A stretch of 64,000 nt of DNA from Candidatus Thorarchaeota archaeon (lineage in GTDB: Archaea > Asgardarchaeota > Thorarchaeia > Thorarchaeales > Thorarchaeaceae). Below the pieces are notes generated by a model, which saw only the letters and a program-made list of their open reading frames with translations, did no database searches and had not been told where the DNA came from. A program made the translations under genes and the position numbers. Positions 39,059-49,891 of the stretch are shown piece by piece. The stretch spans positions 1,388,676 through 1,452,675 of the forward strand of contig JAIZWL010000001.1 of assembly GCA_021498125.1 (NCBI GenBank). Direction: 5' to 3'. Every line of letters starts with the position of its first letter. Position 1 is the first letter of the stretch.

Positions 39059-39965
39059 TAAGATCGAAGTCCCCCTGATTCCTAGATGTTCAGCCTGTAT
39101 TATCCATAGCCTTATCCAACTCGTACCACTGCTGACCGATGACCCTCATGAGCAAATACGATACTTTGCTCATGCAATGTCTATACTTTCTGATGGGTTT
39201 GAAAAACGAACTCGTCCACATCCCCTCTCTGTGGCCATCTATACACAGCTCTATGAAATGGCTGGTGTGACCGACCCCTATGCTGAGATCAAACGTTCTG
39301 GTATCGAGGCAGCTCGTGATTTGATTCCTGAAGTGGATCGCATTGTGTCCCAGTATGAGGGGCTCTCTCGTCTTCGTGCAGCTCTAAGTGCTGCTATCAC
39401 AGGAAATCTCATTGACTACACTACTGCAGCACACACGCCCAATCTTGACACTCTTCTCCAGGACTACTATGGGATCCTCAATGCTGGCTTCTCCCCTGAT
39501 GATTCAGCCCTGATGTGGCAGGAGATCAAAGCGCACAAGGGTCATGCAGTCATTATCGCTGACAATGCGGGAGAGTCTTTCTTTGATATCCCCCTGATCC
39601 ATCTTCTTCGTGATGAGGGTTGGCATGTCACATATGTCGTCAAAGGTGGGGCCATGGCTAATGATGTGACTCGTGAGGATATTCATGGTACAGAACTTGA
39701 AGAACTGGCACAGATTGCTGACACTGGTGCGAAAGCACATGGTGTACCTCTTAGTCTTGTCAGCCACGAATTTCTCTCCTTGGTAAGCGAGGCTGATCTC
39801 ATGATCTCCAAGGGTCAGGCTAATGTTGAGACCCTTCCCGAAATTCAAGAACAACTTGGGGTCGCAGCATATTATGTGTTAAAAGGAAAATGCCCACACA
39901 TCTCGCAAGCGCTTGGTGCAAATAGCGGTGAGAATATTGTGAGGCGTTGGCCCTCGAACAAGTAA
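39042..39965 (+). CDS. DUF89 / ARMT1-like (damage-control phosphatase family) protein, putative
   Basis: About 300 aa. It has an N-terminal CSAC, an IADNAGESFFD (DNxGE-like) motif and VVKGGAMANDVTRED. The ORF opens at 39033 and overlaps the GNAT gene by about 20 nt. Confidence 0.5.
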   Translation: MHMLGDKIEVPLIPRCSACIIHSLIQLVPLLTDDPHEQIRYFAHAMSILSDGFEKRTRPHPLSVAIYTQLYEMAGVTDPYAEIKRSGIEAARDLIPEVDRIVSQYEGLSRLRAALSAAITGNLIDYTTAAHTPNLDTLLQDYYGILNAGFSPDDSALMWQEIKAHKGHAVIIADNAGESFFDIPLIHLLRDEGWHVTYVVKGGAMANDVTREDIHGTELEELAQIADTGAKAHGVPLSLVSHEFLSLVSEADLMISKGQANVETLPEIQEQLGVAAYYVLKGKCPHISQALGANSGENIVRRWPSNK

Positions 39966-40116
39966 ACGTTCATTCGACAAAGCTTTTAAACATGCCAACA
40001 GGCGTTTCGGAGGTCAGAGTCCAAACTCAACCTTTAAATGCGGAAGATGGTGCGAAGTCCATGTACAGTTTTGTCGGACTTAGTCTGAAAAGATCTACTA
40101 CGCGGAGGAAGTATCA

Positions 40117-41751
40117 ATGAGTCAAACTCCAATTATTGTGCTGAGAGAAGACACCGAACGGACACGTGGTCGTGATGCACAGCGAAATAACATCATGGCT
40201 GCTGTTGTCATTGCAGAGGCTGTCAGATCAGCGCTTGGACCAAAGGGAATGGACAAGATGCTTGTCGATTCTTTTGGTGATGTTACCGTGAGCAATGATG
40301 GCGCAACCATCTTGAAAGAAATGGATGTCGCACATCCCGCAGCAAAGATGGTCATCGATGTATCGAAGACCGTCGATAGCGAGGTTGGCGATGGGACTAC
40401 TACTGCCGCAGTTCTCACTGGAGAGCTGCTAAAGCAGGCCGAGACCTTGCTTGACCAGAAGATCCACCCAACCACGATCATCAGCGGTTACCGAAAGGCA
40501 GTCGATAAGGCAATGGAATATCTTGAGGAGATATCTGAACCAGTAGACCCGAGTTCTTCTGCTGCATTCAAGAAGACCCTCAAGGATGTTGCCAAGACAG
40601 CAATGTCGAGCAAATTCGTTTCCACATCAAAAGACGCTCTTGCTGATGTTGTTGTGGCTGCTATTCTTGCAGTCAACAAGGAGCGAAAGGAAGGCGAAGA
40701 GATCAATCTCTCTAACATTCCACGCCAGAAACAGGTTGGCATGAATACTTCTGAGACCGAGCTTATTCATGGCATTGTGCTTGACAAAGAGGTTGTCCAT
40801 GCAGGAATGCCGAAGAAGGTCGAGGCGGCCAAAATAGCACTTCTAGAATGTCCACTTGAAATCATCAAGACCGAGTTTGATGCTAAGATCTCAATTACCG
40901 ATCCTCTTGCCATGCAGCGCTTCCTTGATGAAGAGCAGAGCATGATCAAAGAGATGGTGGACAAGATTGTCGAGTCTGGAGCAAATGTTGTCATCTGCCA
41001 GAAAGGCATTGATGATGTAGCCCAGCATTATCTGGCTAAGAATGGTATTTTGGCAGTGCGCAGGATAAAGAAATCCGATATCGAGCGCATCCACAAGGCC
41101 ACAGGTGCGACCATCGTGAGCAAGATCCAGAATTTGACAGCCGAGAGTCTTGGAAAGGCAAAGTCTGTCCAGCAGAAGCGTGTGGCTGATGATAAGATGC
41201 TCTTTATTGAGGGAACCCCCAAGAGCTCTGTTGTCACGCTACTCGTTCGTGGTGGTACAGATCATGTTGTTGATGAGGTTGATCGTGCAATCAATGATGC
41301 GATCTATGTAGTGAAAGATGTAGTTGAGCATCCTCAGATCCTCTATGGTGGAGGTGCTGCCGAGGCACACATTGCAGTGAAGCTTCGTGAGTATGCATCC
41401 TCGCTTGAGGGCCGTGAGCAATATGCTGTAAATGCATTTGCCGATGCTCTTGAGGCACTCCCTGCGACGCTTGCCGAGAATGCCGGACTCGATCCCATTG
41501 ACATCATCGTTTCACTTAGGTCTGCCCACAGTGAAGGAAATGCCAGTTACGGTATTGATATTACCAAGGGTAAGGTGTCTGACATGAAGAGGGCCCGTGT
41601 TGTCGAGCCCACAGTCGTCAAACGGCAGGTCATAGCCTCTGCGGCTGAAGCATCACAGATGATTCTAAAAATCGATGATGTTATTAGCTCAAAGGCTCCG
41701 CCAATGCCCGGTGGCGGCCAGCCCGACCGTGACCTTGGTGACGAAGATTAA
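40117..41751 (+). CDS. Thermosome subunit (group II chaperonin, CCT/TCP-1 family)
   Basis: Signature segments [35 protein letters not shown], and GGGAAE near the C-terminal third. The tail is GG-rich and acidic ([15 protein letters not shown]). GGAGGAAG lies about 8 nt upstream of the ATG. 544 aa. Confidence 0.95.
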   Translation: MSQTPIIVLREDTERTRGRDAQRNNIMAAVVIAEAVRSALGPKGMDKMLVDSFGDVTVSNDGATILKEMDVAHPAAKMVIDVSKTVDSEVGDGTTTAAVLTGELLKQAETLLDQKIHPTTIISGYRKAVDKAMEYLEEISEPVDPSSSAAFKKTLKDVAKTAMSSKFVSTSKDALADVVVAAILAVNKERKEGEEINLSNIPRQKQVGMNTSETELIHGIVLDKEVVHAGMPKKVEAAKIALLECPLEIIKTEFDAKISITDPLAMQRFLDEEQSMIKEMVDKIVESGANVVICQKGIDDVAQHYLAKNGILAVRRIKKSDIERIHKATGATIVSKIQNLTAESLGKAKSVQQKRVADDKMLFIEGTPKSSVVTLLVRGGTDHVVDEVDRAINDAIYVVKDVVEHPQILYGGGAAEAHIAVKLREYASSLEGREQYAVNAFADALEALPATLAENAGLDPIDIIVSLRSAHSEGNASYGIDITKGKVSDMKRARVVEPTVVKRQVIASAAEASQMILKIDDVISSKAPPMPGGGQPDRDLGDED

Positions 41752-41784
41752 ACAATTCAAACAACAGAATACGAGGGTATAGGA

Positions 41785-42450
41785 ATGTCGAACAGCCCCG
41801 AAGAAAATGAGACCACAACGGAAGAAGAGATGGCACTTGAAGAGAAGGCCGCCATGTTGACCAATATCCCTGGTGTTGGGCCCCGGACCGCAGAAAAACT
41901 GGTGGCCGCAGGCTATGACACAATTGAGAAATTCGCATCAGCTCCTGCTGAAGAGATTGCGAGTGCAGTTACAGGCCTCAGTGTGTCCAAGGCCGAGATA
42001 CTGGTCGCAGAGGCTGTTTCTCTCCTTGAGGCAGTGGCCTCCGGGGCTATAGATCTCACCCACAAGTCCAAGTCAAAACGGAAAGGCGCAGTAGAGCCGG
42101 AGCCTGAGAGGCATGAGTTGGAACCTATGGACGAGCTCGCGGCCGAAGAGGAAGTCACCTCTCTGACCACTGGCTTTGAACGCGAGAAGGAAGAGATGGG
42201 CATCACTATTGGTCCTAAATGGCTCACCCGATTTGAAAAGGCAAGGATCATTGGAGCCCGTGCCTTACAGATCGCTATGGGTGCACCCACTCTGATCGAT
42301 ATGGCCTCTGCACCTCCTGGCCTATTTGCACTTGCCGAGGCCGAGTTGCGTGCAGGTGTTCTTCCAATGACTGTGCGCCGCTCAAAACCGACTGGCGAAT
42401 ATACAGACATTCCTCTTGCTGTGTTGTTGAAAAATACGAGGCTGGACTAA
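41785..42450 (+). CDS. rpoK: DNA-directed RNA polymerase subunit Rpo6/RpoK (RPB6/omega homolog) with acidic N-terminal extension and HhH motif
   Basis: The C-terminal 85 aa carry the RpoK signature [22 protein letters not shown]. The N-terminal about 130 aa contain an acidic tract ([17 protein letters not shown]) and an HhH-like segment ([24 protein letters not shown]). Confidence 0.65.
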   Translation: MSNSPEENETTTEEEMALEEKAAMLTNIPGVGPRTAEKLVAAGYDTIEKFASAPAEEIASAVTGLSVSKAEILVAEAVSLLEAVASGAIDLTHKSKSKRKGAVEPEPERHELEPMDELAAEEEVTSLTTGFEREKEEMGITIGPKWLTRFEKARIIGARALQIAMGAPTLIDMASAPPGLFALAEAELRAGVLPMTVRRSKPTGEYTDIPLAVLLKNTRLD

Positions 42451-42551
42451 GTTCCAGACCTCATTCTCCTATTTTTTCCTATTTGTTCCGTCAACACAAT
42501 CTCTAAATGCCACTTCGTAGCAACTTCAGTCTCCATAGTTGGTGACTGATT

Positions 42552-43880
42552 ATGCAAGAGTTGTTTCTCTCTCCTGATCTTATAATCCGAAGCGTTCTGG
42601 GTTTTGCTGTAGGTGCATTGATAGGTCTCGAGAGACAGAAACGTATGTCCGAGGGTGACGCCATTGGTGTGCGCTCCTTTGGTCTGCACAGTCTATTGGG
42701 TACTCTTGCTGCTTACACCTATACGGTCACCGGCAACGCAGTCGTACTGATCTATGCAATAGCAATCTCACTGGTCTTTGTCACAGCACAAATCGTCTAC
42801 AAGATCTTTCGCACAATGCGTAAGGGTATGACCACTGCTATCGTCTTTGCGATCTCTTTCGTCTTGGGTACTCTCGTCGGGCTTGATGAACCACCGACTC
42901 CACCGCATCTCATTGGTCCACTTGCAGTACTCGCTATGACCGTTTCATTTCTTGTGTTTCTGGTCCTTGGGTTCAAGGAAGAATTGAGTGCAGTTGTTGC
43001 AGTGATTACCCGCGAAGAGATGATCAGTGCAGTCGAACTGGCAGTTCTAATACTCTTCCTCTGGCCACTTATGCCACAGTTTATTCAGATCGGTACAGTC
43101 AACTTTCCTATCTTTCAGACGTACTGGCTGATCGTACTCCTCTTGTCCATCAGTTTTGCGAACTATCTTCTCATTAAGAAATACAAACACAAGGGTCCAT
43201 ACTTCTTTGGGTTCTTTGGTGGGTTCGCTAATAGCGAGGCGACAGTGGCAAGTCTTACCGATTTTCATGTGAAGACCGAGCGTCAATTCACTGGTCGGGT
43301 TTCTCTGGGTGCGATCTTTGCCAATCTCGCAATGGTTCTACGAAATACTGTTATCATTATCTTGTTTGATCATTCCCTTGCAGTGATGCGCTATTATCTC
43401 ATTCCCTTGGGGATTCTAGTTCTTGTGGGTGTGACTAGGATGTTCAGTGAACGTAATGAGGTCCGTGATGACGTCACACATGATATTGACATTCGACTTG
43501 TGTCCCCATTTGAATTTGGGGCCGCTTTCAGATTTGCTGCTGTCTTCACTGTAGTGTCGTTCATCTCAATCGCATTACAGAATGCATTTAGTGATGTAGG
43601 TATCCTTGTGGCTGCGCTCTTTGGAGGGTTTACATCTGCTGGTGCAGTCGTTGCCATCGCAGTGCCTGCCTACTCACATCATATCATCTCTCTTCAGACC
43701 GCAGTCTTTGCAGTGATCATCACAACAACTATCTCTGTGCTAAACAAGATCATCTACGTCTATACTGCCGATCACGAGGGGACCCTTGCTCGCCGTGTTG
43801 CAAAAGATTCACTTATCATGGCAGTTGGTGTGGTCGTGTATCTCTTGCTAATTGCAGCAAACGTCATTTCATTAGTATAG
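42552..43880 (+). CDS. MgtC/SapB-family membrane protein with C-terminal DUF4010-like extension
   Basis: N-terminal MgtC-like motif LGFAVGALIGLERQKRMSEGDAIGVRSFGLHSL. 442 aa with about 10 TM helices. Confidence 0.55.
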   Translation: MQELFLSPDLIIRSVLGFAVGALIGLERQKRMSEGDAIGVRSFGLHSLLGTLAAYTYTVTGNAVVLIYAIAISLVFVTAQIVYKIFRTMRKGMTTAIVFAISFVLGTLVGLDEPPTPPHLIGPLAVLAMTVSFLVFLVLGFKEELSAVVAVITREEMISAVELAVLILFLWPLMPQFIQIGTVNFPIFQTYWLIVLLLSISFANYLLIKKYKHKGPYFFGFFGGFANSEATVASLTDFHVKTERQFTGRVSLGAIFANLAMVLRNTVIIILFDHSLAVMRYYLIPLGILVLVGVTRMFSERNEVRDDVTHDIDIRLVSPFEFGAAFRFAAVFTVVSFISIALQNAFSDVGILVAALFGGFTSAGAVVAIAVPAYSHHIISLQTAVFAVIITTTISVLNKIIYVYTADHEGTLARRVAKDSLIMAVGVVVYLLLIAANVISLV

Positions 43881-44028
43881 AGCGTATTTCACGCCCCTGC
43901 CTCATTGATGGTCTCCTGAGTGAACATTTGGTGTTCTCATAGAGGCCGCGACTGTTGAGAAACCTTAATCTATTAGCGTACGCTTATTTATCGTTGGTCT
44001 ATTAAAAATAAAATCAGAGGCTTAGTAA

Positions 44029-45216
44029 ATGGCATTTGAAATAAAGAATAATGTATTTTGGGTCGGAAAGATCGATTGGGAACTGCGTAAGTTCCATGGT
44101 GAAGAATACTCTGCGCATAGAGGTTCGACATATAATGCGTATCTCATCAAGGACGAACATAATGTCCTGATTGATACAGTATGGTCCCCCTTTGCTGAGG
44201 AATTTGTTGCGAATCTAGCAAAGACGATCCCTCTGAAAGATATTGACTTCATTGTTGCAAATCATGGCGAACCTGATCATAGTGGTGCTCTCCCATTGTT
44301 GATGGAGGCCATTCCTGACACCCCCATCTATTGTACACCGAACGCTGTCAAGTCGCTCAAGGGCTATTATCATAAGGACTGGGATTTTCATACGGTCAAG
44401 ACAGGCGACAAGCTCGATCTCGGCTCACGTGAATTGGTCTTTGTGAGTGCTCCTATGCTCCATTGGCCGGACAGTATGTTCTCCTACCTCACTGGTGATA
44501 ACATTCTCTTTCCCAATGATGCCTTCGGACAGCACTTTGCATCAGAACTCTTGTACAACGATTTGGTGGATCAGAATGAGTTGTATCAGGAATGCATCAA
44601 ATATTATGCTAATATCTTGACACCGTTCAGCAGGTCAGTGGTCCGAAAGATCGAAGAAGTCTTGGGTCTCGGATTGCCAGTGGACATGATCTGTCCAAGT
44701 CACGGCGTACTCTGGCGTGATGATCCCCTTCAGATCGTGCACAAATATCTTGAATGGGCAAAGGACTACCAAGAGAACCAGATCACGATCCTGTATGATA
44801 CAATGTGGAATAGCACTCGGAAGATGGCTGAGGCCATTGCCAAAGGAATTGGCATGGCTGACAAAGATGTGGTCGTGAAGCTCTACAATATAGCTCGTGG
44901 CGACAAGAATGATATCATTACTGAAGTGTTCAAGTCTAAAGCGATTCTTGTGGGATCACCTACTATCAATCGGGGTATTCTCTCTTCGACCTCAGGTATT
45001 CTTGAAGAGATCCGTGGTCTTGGCTTCAAGGGGAAGAAAGCAGCCGCCTTTGGTTCCTATGGCTGGTCCGCTGAGAGCCCTAAGATGATCACCAAACTAC
45101 TTGAAGAGGCAGGCTTTGAAATTGTCAGTGAGGGCCTTGGCGCATTATGGAATCCAAATGAGGAGGCAATCGCAGACTGCATCGAGTTCGGAAAGAAATT
45201 TGTTGCTGGACTCTAA
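44029..45216 (+). CDS. fprA: Flavodiiron protein (FprA-type; metallo-beta-lactamase plus flavodoxin domains)
   Basis: Di-iron ligand region ANHGEPDHSGAL (H-x-E-x-D-H). The C-terminal flavodoxin-like domain reads AILVGSPTINRG...AAAFGSYGWS. 395 aa. Confidence 0.8.
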   Translation: MAFEIKNNVFWVGKIDWELRKFHGEEYSAHRGSTYNAYLIKDEHNVLIDTVWSPFAEEFVANLAKTIPLKDIDFIVANHGEPDHSGALPLLMEAIPDTPIYCTPNAVKSLKGYYHKDWDFHTVKTGDKLDLGSRELVFVSAPMLHWPDSMFSYLTGDNILFPNDAFGQHFASELLYNDLVDQNELYQECIKYYANILTPFSRSVVRKIEEVLGLGLPVDMICPSHGVLWRDDPLQIVHKYLEWAKDYQENQITILYDTMWNSTRKMAEAIAKGIGMADKDVVVKLYNIARGDKNDIITEVFKSKAILVGSPTINRGILSSTSGILEEIRGLGFKGKKAAAFGSYGWSAESPKMITKLLEEAGFEIVSEGLGALWNPNEEAIADCIEFGKKFVAGL

Positions 45217-45519
45217 AAATCAGTTCCTCCTCTTGAGATGTGATCGACATCGATTCTATTGAATGGCGGGGACTCGGCCACCGAGGAAAAATCTCACGCC
45301 ATTCAATTATTTTCTTTTAGCATTCTGTTTCCCCACATCTGTATACGAAACAGAAACGTGCTACAAGTGTTTTTGTCCGGTTCATCGAGCACGTCTATAT
45401 TTTCTCTAGCACATTCTTTTGTAACGCAAGATTTAAAGTGTGATTCCTTGCAGGGTCAATTGGTGACAGATAATGGTTGGTGGATTTGTTCATCTCCCTC
45501 AATAATTCTTTGAACAATC

Positions 45520-46869
45520 ATGAGTATCTGTCCCAGAACTCCGATGGAGGTTCTAATTTTGAATGAACTAAGAACAGTACGTGGTATGCGGGATCTCATG
45601 GGTCCGGAAATACGTGTTCGTGACTACCTTGTGGAGACTGCCACGGAAGTCTTCAGACAGTTTGGATACGAACCACTAGACTCTCCAGTCATGGAGCTCT
45701 GGGCGACTCTATCCGCAAAAGGTGGTGAAGAAGTAGAAGCTGAGACCTTCAAGTTCACTGATAAGGGTGAACGTGAGGTGGGCCTGCGATTCGATCTCAC
45801 GGTTCCTCTTGCGCGAATTGTGGCCTCGCGCCCTGACCTCTCACTTCCTTTCAAGAGATATGCGATTGGAAAGGCGTGGCGATATGACCGGCCTCAAGCC
45901 GGCAGGTATCGTGAGTTCATGCAGGCTGATGTTGACATCATAGGATCTCCAAGTCCTGCTGCTGACGCGGAAGTGGTCATGGTCGCTCTTGAGGCTTTGC
46001 GGCGACTATTGGGAAAAGAGTACGTCGTCCGCATCAACAGTCGTAAGGTGTTGCGTGGAATGACAGAGAAGGCGGAGGTGCCAGATAGCCTTGCCTTCGA
46101 ATGCTTCCGTGCAATTGACAAATTGGACAAGATCGGTCTGGAAGGCGTGACTGAGGAGCTACATGAGCGAGGTATAAGTTCCGATCAGATAGAATTTCTT
46201 GTAGATGCCATTGGGATCAATGGTACTGGCAGAGACATACTTGAAGAATTCCGTGAGCTATTGGTTGGCTCCGAGGTTGGAATTGAGGGAGTTAATGAGC
46301 TCGACCTGATGGCGGAGATCTTTGAGGAGGCACATGTTGCGGGTTTTATAGAATTTGACATGTCCCTTGCGCGAGGCCTTGACTACTATACGGGTCCTGT
46401 CTTTGAGGGTCGGTACCTTGGGAAACCTAATGTCGGCTCCATTCTTGGTGGTGGCAGGTACGACCATCTCATTGAGAGGTTCGGTGGCCCGCCGACTCCT
46501 GCGACCGGGATCTCGCTTGGAATCAGTAGACTGATTGATGTTTTACTCGCACGTGGTATGGGTGAGACCCTGCTACCAAAACTCGATGTCTTCATTGCCC
46601 CGATAAAACAACCGATGTTGAGATACGCTATGCGTTTTCAGAAGGAGCTCATAGAGGCCGGGTTCACATGTGAAGTTGATCTCATGGGACGTTCTCTCAA
46701 GAAACAGCTTGAACGAGCAGATGCAAAGCAGGCTCGGCTGGTCATTATCGTGGGAGCACGTGATATTGAGAAGCGTGAGGTCAGTCTTCGAGACATGATG
46801 ACCAAAGAGACCACGCAGGTTTCTCTCGACAACTTGGTCAAGATGGTACGTTCACATCTCTCTGAGTGA
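45520..46869 (+). CDS. hisS: Histidyl-tRNA synthetase
   Basis: Class II motif 1 region RGMRDLMGPE, HisRS signature ILGGGRYDHLIERFGG, and a C-terminal anticodon-binding domain. 449 aa. Confidence 0.9.
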   Translation: MSICPRTPMEVLILNELRTVRGMRDLMGPEIRVRDYLVETATEVFRQFGYEPLDSPVMELWATLSAKGGEEVEAETFKFTDKGEREVGLRFDLTVPLARIVASRPDLSLPFKRYAIGKAWRYDRPQAGRYREFMQADVDIIGSPSPAADAEVVMVALEALRRLLGKEYVVRINSRKVLRGMTEKAEVPDSLAFECFRAIDKLDKIGLEGVTEELHERGISSDQIEFLVDAIGINGTGRDILEEFRELLVGSEVGIEGVNELDLMAEIFEEAHVAGFIEFDMSLARGLDYYTGPVFEGRYLGKPNVGSILGGGRYDHLIERFGGPPTPATGISLGISRLIDVLLARGMGETLLPKLDVFIAPIKQPMLRYAMRFQKELIEAGFTCEVDLMGRSLKKQLERADAKQARLVIIVGARDIEKREVSLRDMMTKETTQVSLDNLVKMVRSHLSE

Positions 46870-46975
46870 GATCGTGTTCTATTGAGGATGGTCGTTTTCT
46901 GTTCCATCCTCTCTCATCTTCTTCTTTGACAATGTTTTTCTCTTGCCACGTGATAGTATTCTTTGGGCGATAGTG

Positions 46976-47815
46976 ATGGTTAGAATGCCAGTTGTTGCAG
47001 GTTCATTTTATGAAGGCGAACGTGATCTCTTGCTCCAGAGGCTTGAGGCTTGTTTCAAAGGGCCCGAGGGGCCTGGTGCGCTTCCCACTGGGGATATCGG
47101 TTCAGCGCGTCAGATCAAGGCGCTGATATGTCCACATGCGGGATATGTCTACTCGGGATCTGCGGCAGCACACAGCTATCTCAGGCTCTTTGAAGACGGA
47201 CAACCCGAGGGGATCGTGATCCTGGGGCCGAATCATACAGGACTGGGCGCACCCGTTGCGGTTTCAACCGATGATTGGGAGACGCCACTCGGTGTACTTA
47301 GCAATGATAGAGCGCTGGCGAACATGATCGTGAATTCTAACAAATATGCGATAGTTGATACGGTCGCTCATGGTGGCGAGCACTCGATCGAGGTTCAGTT
47401 ACCTTTTCTCCAGTACATCTTTGGAAATGCTATCTCAATTGTCCCCATCTCTCTGATGACTCGTGATTGGGTCGTACTAGAATCTCTGGGCAAGACCCTT
47501 GCGCGTCTTGCAGAGGACATGGATATCCTTGTCATTGCCAGTTCCGACTTCACGCATTTTGAGAGTGCAAGTACGGCCCGTATGAAAGACTATCAGGCAT
47601 TGGAGTACTTGGAGAATCTCGACCCTCATGGGTTTCTAGATTTCGTGAATGGGCACCGACTTAGTATCTGTGGTGCAAGTCCCATAACCGCGGCCCTTGT
47701 ATTTGCTAATGAAGTTGGGGCGGTCCAATTCAATCTGCTCAAGTATACACATTCAGGGATTGTCACAGGGTCGGATGATAATGTTGTTGCCTACGTGGCA
47801 GCCGAGTTTGTCTGA
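46976..47815 (+). CDS. MEMO1-family protein (AmmeMemoRadiSam system protein B-like)
   Basis: An N-terminus PVVAGSFYEG as in Memo/AmmeMemoRadiSam B (AGqFYP). Conserved His/Asp (CPHAGYVYSG; HGGEHSIEVQLPFLQ). The ORF opens at 46943. Confidence 0.65.
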   Translation: MVRMPVVAGSFYEGERDLLLQRLEACFKGPEGPGALPTGDIGSARQIKALICPHAGYVYSGSAAAHSYLRLFEDGQPEGIVILGPNHTGLGAPVAVSTDDWETPLGVLSNDRALANMIVNSNKYAIVDTVAHGGEHSIEVQLPFLQYIFGNAISIVPISLMTRDWVVLESLGKTLARLAEDMDILVIASSDFTHFESASTARMKDYQALEYLENLDPHGFLDFVNGHRLSICGASPITAALVFANEVGAVQFNLLKYTHSGIVTGSDDNVVAYVAAEFV

Positions 47816-47823
47816 TGTAGATC

Positions 47824-49128
47824 TTACAGTGAAGTGTTAAGCGCATCCGGTTCTTCATCAGCAGCGGTCTCATCAGATATGATGATCCCTCCCGGTAGAC
47901 CCACTGCTGCAACACCCACCCCCGCCAGTGTTACTACGATCGCCAACAAGAGGCTGGATATGCTATCCCCACTACTATCATACATGATCCCACTCAACAG
48001 TGGACTGATGGCGTAGGCTCCGTTGCTTACTGCTCCAAAAGTGCCCATGACTACTCCATACGCACTCTCATCAGTGAGGTCTCCTATGAGTGCTTGGATC
48101 GTCGGGCCACGCATCGACATGCCGACTGCTAATACAATTCCCGCGAACATGAATCCCATGATATCCCCTGAGATCATGAACATGTACAACGAGACCGCAC
48201 CAATGAGACCACCACTGACGATGAGCCACTTTCGCCCATGATGATCCGAGAGATATCCAAAACCCACGTTGCCAATGACAGTGAAGACTCCGATGAGACC
48301 AAAGAAGACACCGATCTCCAATGGCGAGACATGAAATCGCACAACCGCATCAAGAAGGAATGCCACCTCAAGGATGCCCATTGCAAACATATTTGCGAAC
48401 ATAGCCATACCCAATGCCGTATATGACTTCACATGCCTTGAGAAGACGTCTCTCAAAGGAATCTCCGGTTGCTTTTCATGCTCTTCTGAAAACTTGTATG
48501 CTGGCTCTACTAATAGTGCCATCACTGCCACAAATGTTGCTAGAGTGGCAATGGCCGCAATCACGAATGGCAGGCGTATTCCAAGGAACTGGGCGAGTGC
48601 GCCTCCGATCATCGGGCCAATGATGAATCCCACCATGTTCCCCATGCTCAGGTATCCCATGGCGGTCCCGCGATTTTCTGGAGATGTGACATCCGATACG
48701 AATGCGTTTGCCGCAGGAAAGAATCCGGCTGAGACTCCACCCTCAAGAGCCCTCGCAAGGATCATGATGAAAATATCTTCAGCCATGGCATAGATGACAT
48801 TCGCAATGGCAAAACCGATCAGCGAGGCGAGAAGCACGGGTTTTCTTCCAGTCTTGTCCGAGAGTCGGCCAAGTGGTCCCGCAAATATAATTCTAGTGAT
48901 CGCAAATGATGCGGCAAGGACTCCGAGTTCCGTTGCACCAACTCCGAGTGAAACAATATAGTACGGAAAGATCGGCATCACGATCCCAAATCCAACTTGA
49001 AGAAGTGCCAATGAGAACGCCAGCATCCATACCTGATACATCCCTGTACTATGGTCAGACTCAGTTGTCGTGGCCAATTCTAGTTGGTCCGGTTCTGGAT
49101 ATTGCTCGGAGTCTGATGGAAAACTCAT
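47824..49128 (-). CDS. MFS transporter
   Basis: 434 aa with 12 TM helices. MFS signature-like loop GPLGRLSDKTGRKPVLL between TM2 and TM3, with a repeat in the second half (LSDHHGRKWLI). Confidence 0.8.
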   Translation of the reverse strand: MSFPSDSEQYPEPDQLELATTTESDHSTGMYQVWMLAFSLALLQVGFGIVMPIFPYYIVSLGVGATELGVLAASFAITRIIFAGPLGRLSDKTGRKPVLLASLIGFAIANVIYAMAEDIFIMILARALEGGVSAGFFPAANAFVSDVTSPENRGTAMGYLSMGNMVGFIIGPMIGGALAQFLGIRLPFVIAAIATLATFVAVMALLVEPAYKFSEEHEKQPEIPLRDVFSRHVKSYTALGMAMFANMFAMGILEVAFLLDAVVRFHVSPLEIGVFFGLIGVFTVIGNVGFGYLSDHHGRKWLIVSGGLIGAVSLYMFMISGDIMGFMFAGIVLAVGMSMRGPTIQALIGDLTDESAYGVVMGTFGAVSNGAYAISPLLSGIMYDSSGDSISSLLLAIVVTLAGVGVAAVGLPGGIIISDETAADEEPDALNTSL

Positions 49129-49241
49129 TACTTCATTCGCCTTCGAGCTTGATAGGCACTCTGCTTTTCAACATATGCGCATCGGCATTATCTTTAATGT
49201 ACTACTCCGTGGCTCATGGCTCAGATCTTGTGACGTTCTTT

Positions 49242-49802
49242 TTACTTCTGGATCACGACTCGGCTTACTCCACGGATGCCAGTCAAGGCGTTGATGATGC
49301 CTCCTGACAATTCCTCCTGTGTGATGACCTTCAGGCAGGGTTCAGGATACACTCCAGCATCCTCCGCAATGACTTGACGGATCGAGATTCCATAGCCAGC
49401 AATCGTGGTTGTGACTTCCGAGAGGATTCCCGAGTTTTCCGGGTCTTTTACAAAGATCACAACAATCCCAAAACCAAAGAGATGTGCTACTCGTTCAAGT
49501 GAAGGACCAGCAGGTCTCAAGTTTGCAAAGAATGGTTGCAGTTCTGGGTCATTGATGATGATTTCAGTAGTCGCCCTTACAGTCCTTCGATCGATCCGAA
49601 ACGCATCTCCCAAGGACTTGAGAGGGATTCGGATGTCCCCACATCGAACATCACCTATTCCCGCCACTCGAAATCCATGACGAATGATTGCTTGTGCTAC
49701 ACGCAATCGTTGGGGCGAGTCATGAAATCTCTTGGCAAGAAGTTGCCACATATAATCACAGACCTTTTTTAATATATTTTGGGGGCATTTATCACATGGC
49801 AA
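49242..49802 (-). CDS. Putative ACT-domain regulator of amino-acid metabolism (COG2150-like)
   Basis: 186 aa. The C-terminal half has an ACT-like beta-alpha-beta pattern (GFGIVVIFVKDPENSGILSEVTTTIAGYGISIRQVIAED...GIRGVSRVVI). Confidence 0.35.
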   Translation of the reverse strand: MPCDKCPQNILKKVCDYMWQLLAKRFHDSPQRLRVAQAIIRHGFRVAGIGDVRCGDIRIPLKSLGDAFRIDRRTVRATTEIIINDPELQPFFANLRPAGPSLERVAHLFGFGIVVIFVKDPENSGILSEVTTTIAGYGISIRQVIAEDAGVYPEPCLKVITQEELSGGIINALTGIRGVSRVVIQK

Positions 49803-49891
49803 TACTCCGTTATATTATGTACGGATTTGGGCAACATTGTTCATTTTCGCTCCCTCGAACCTGAGTGGAGATCGACGGAGTAGCGCAACCG

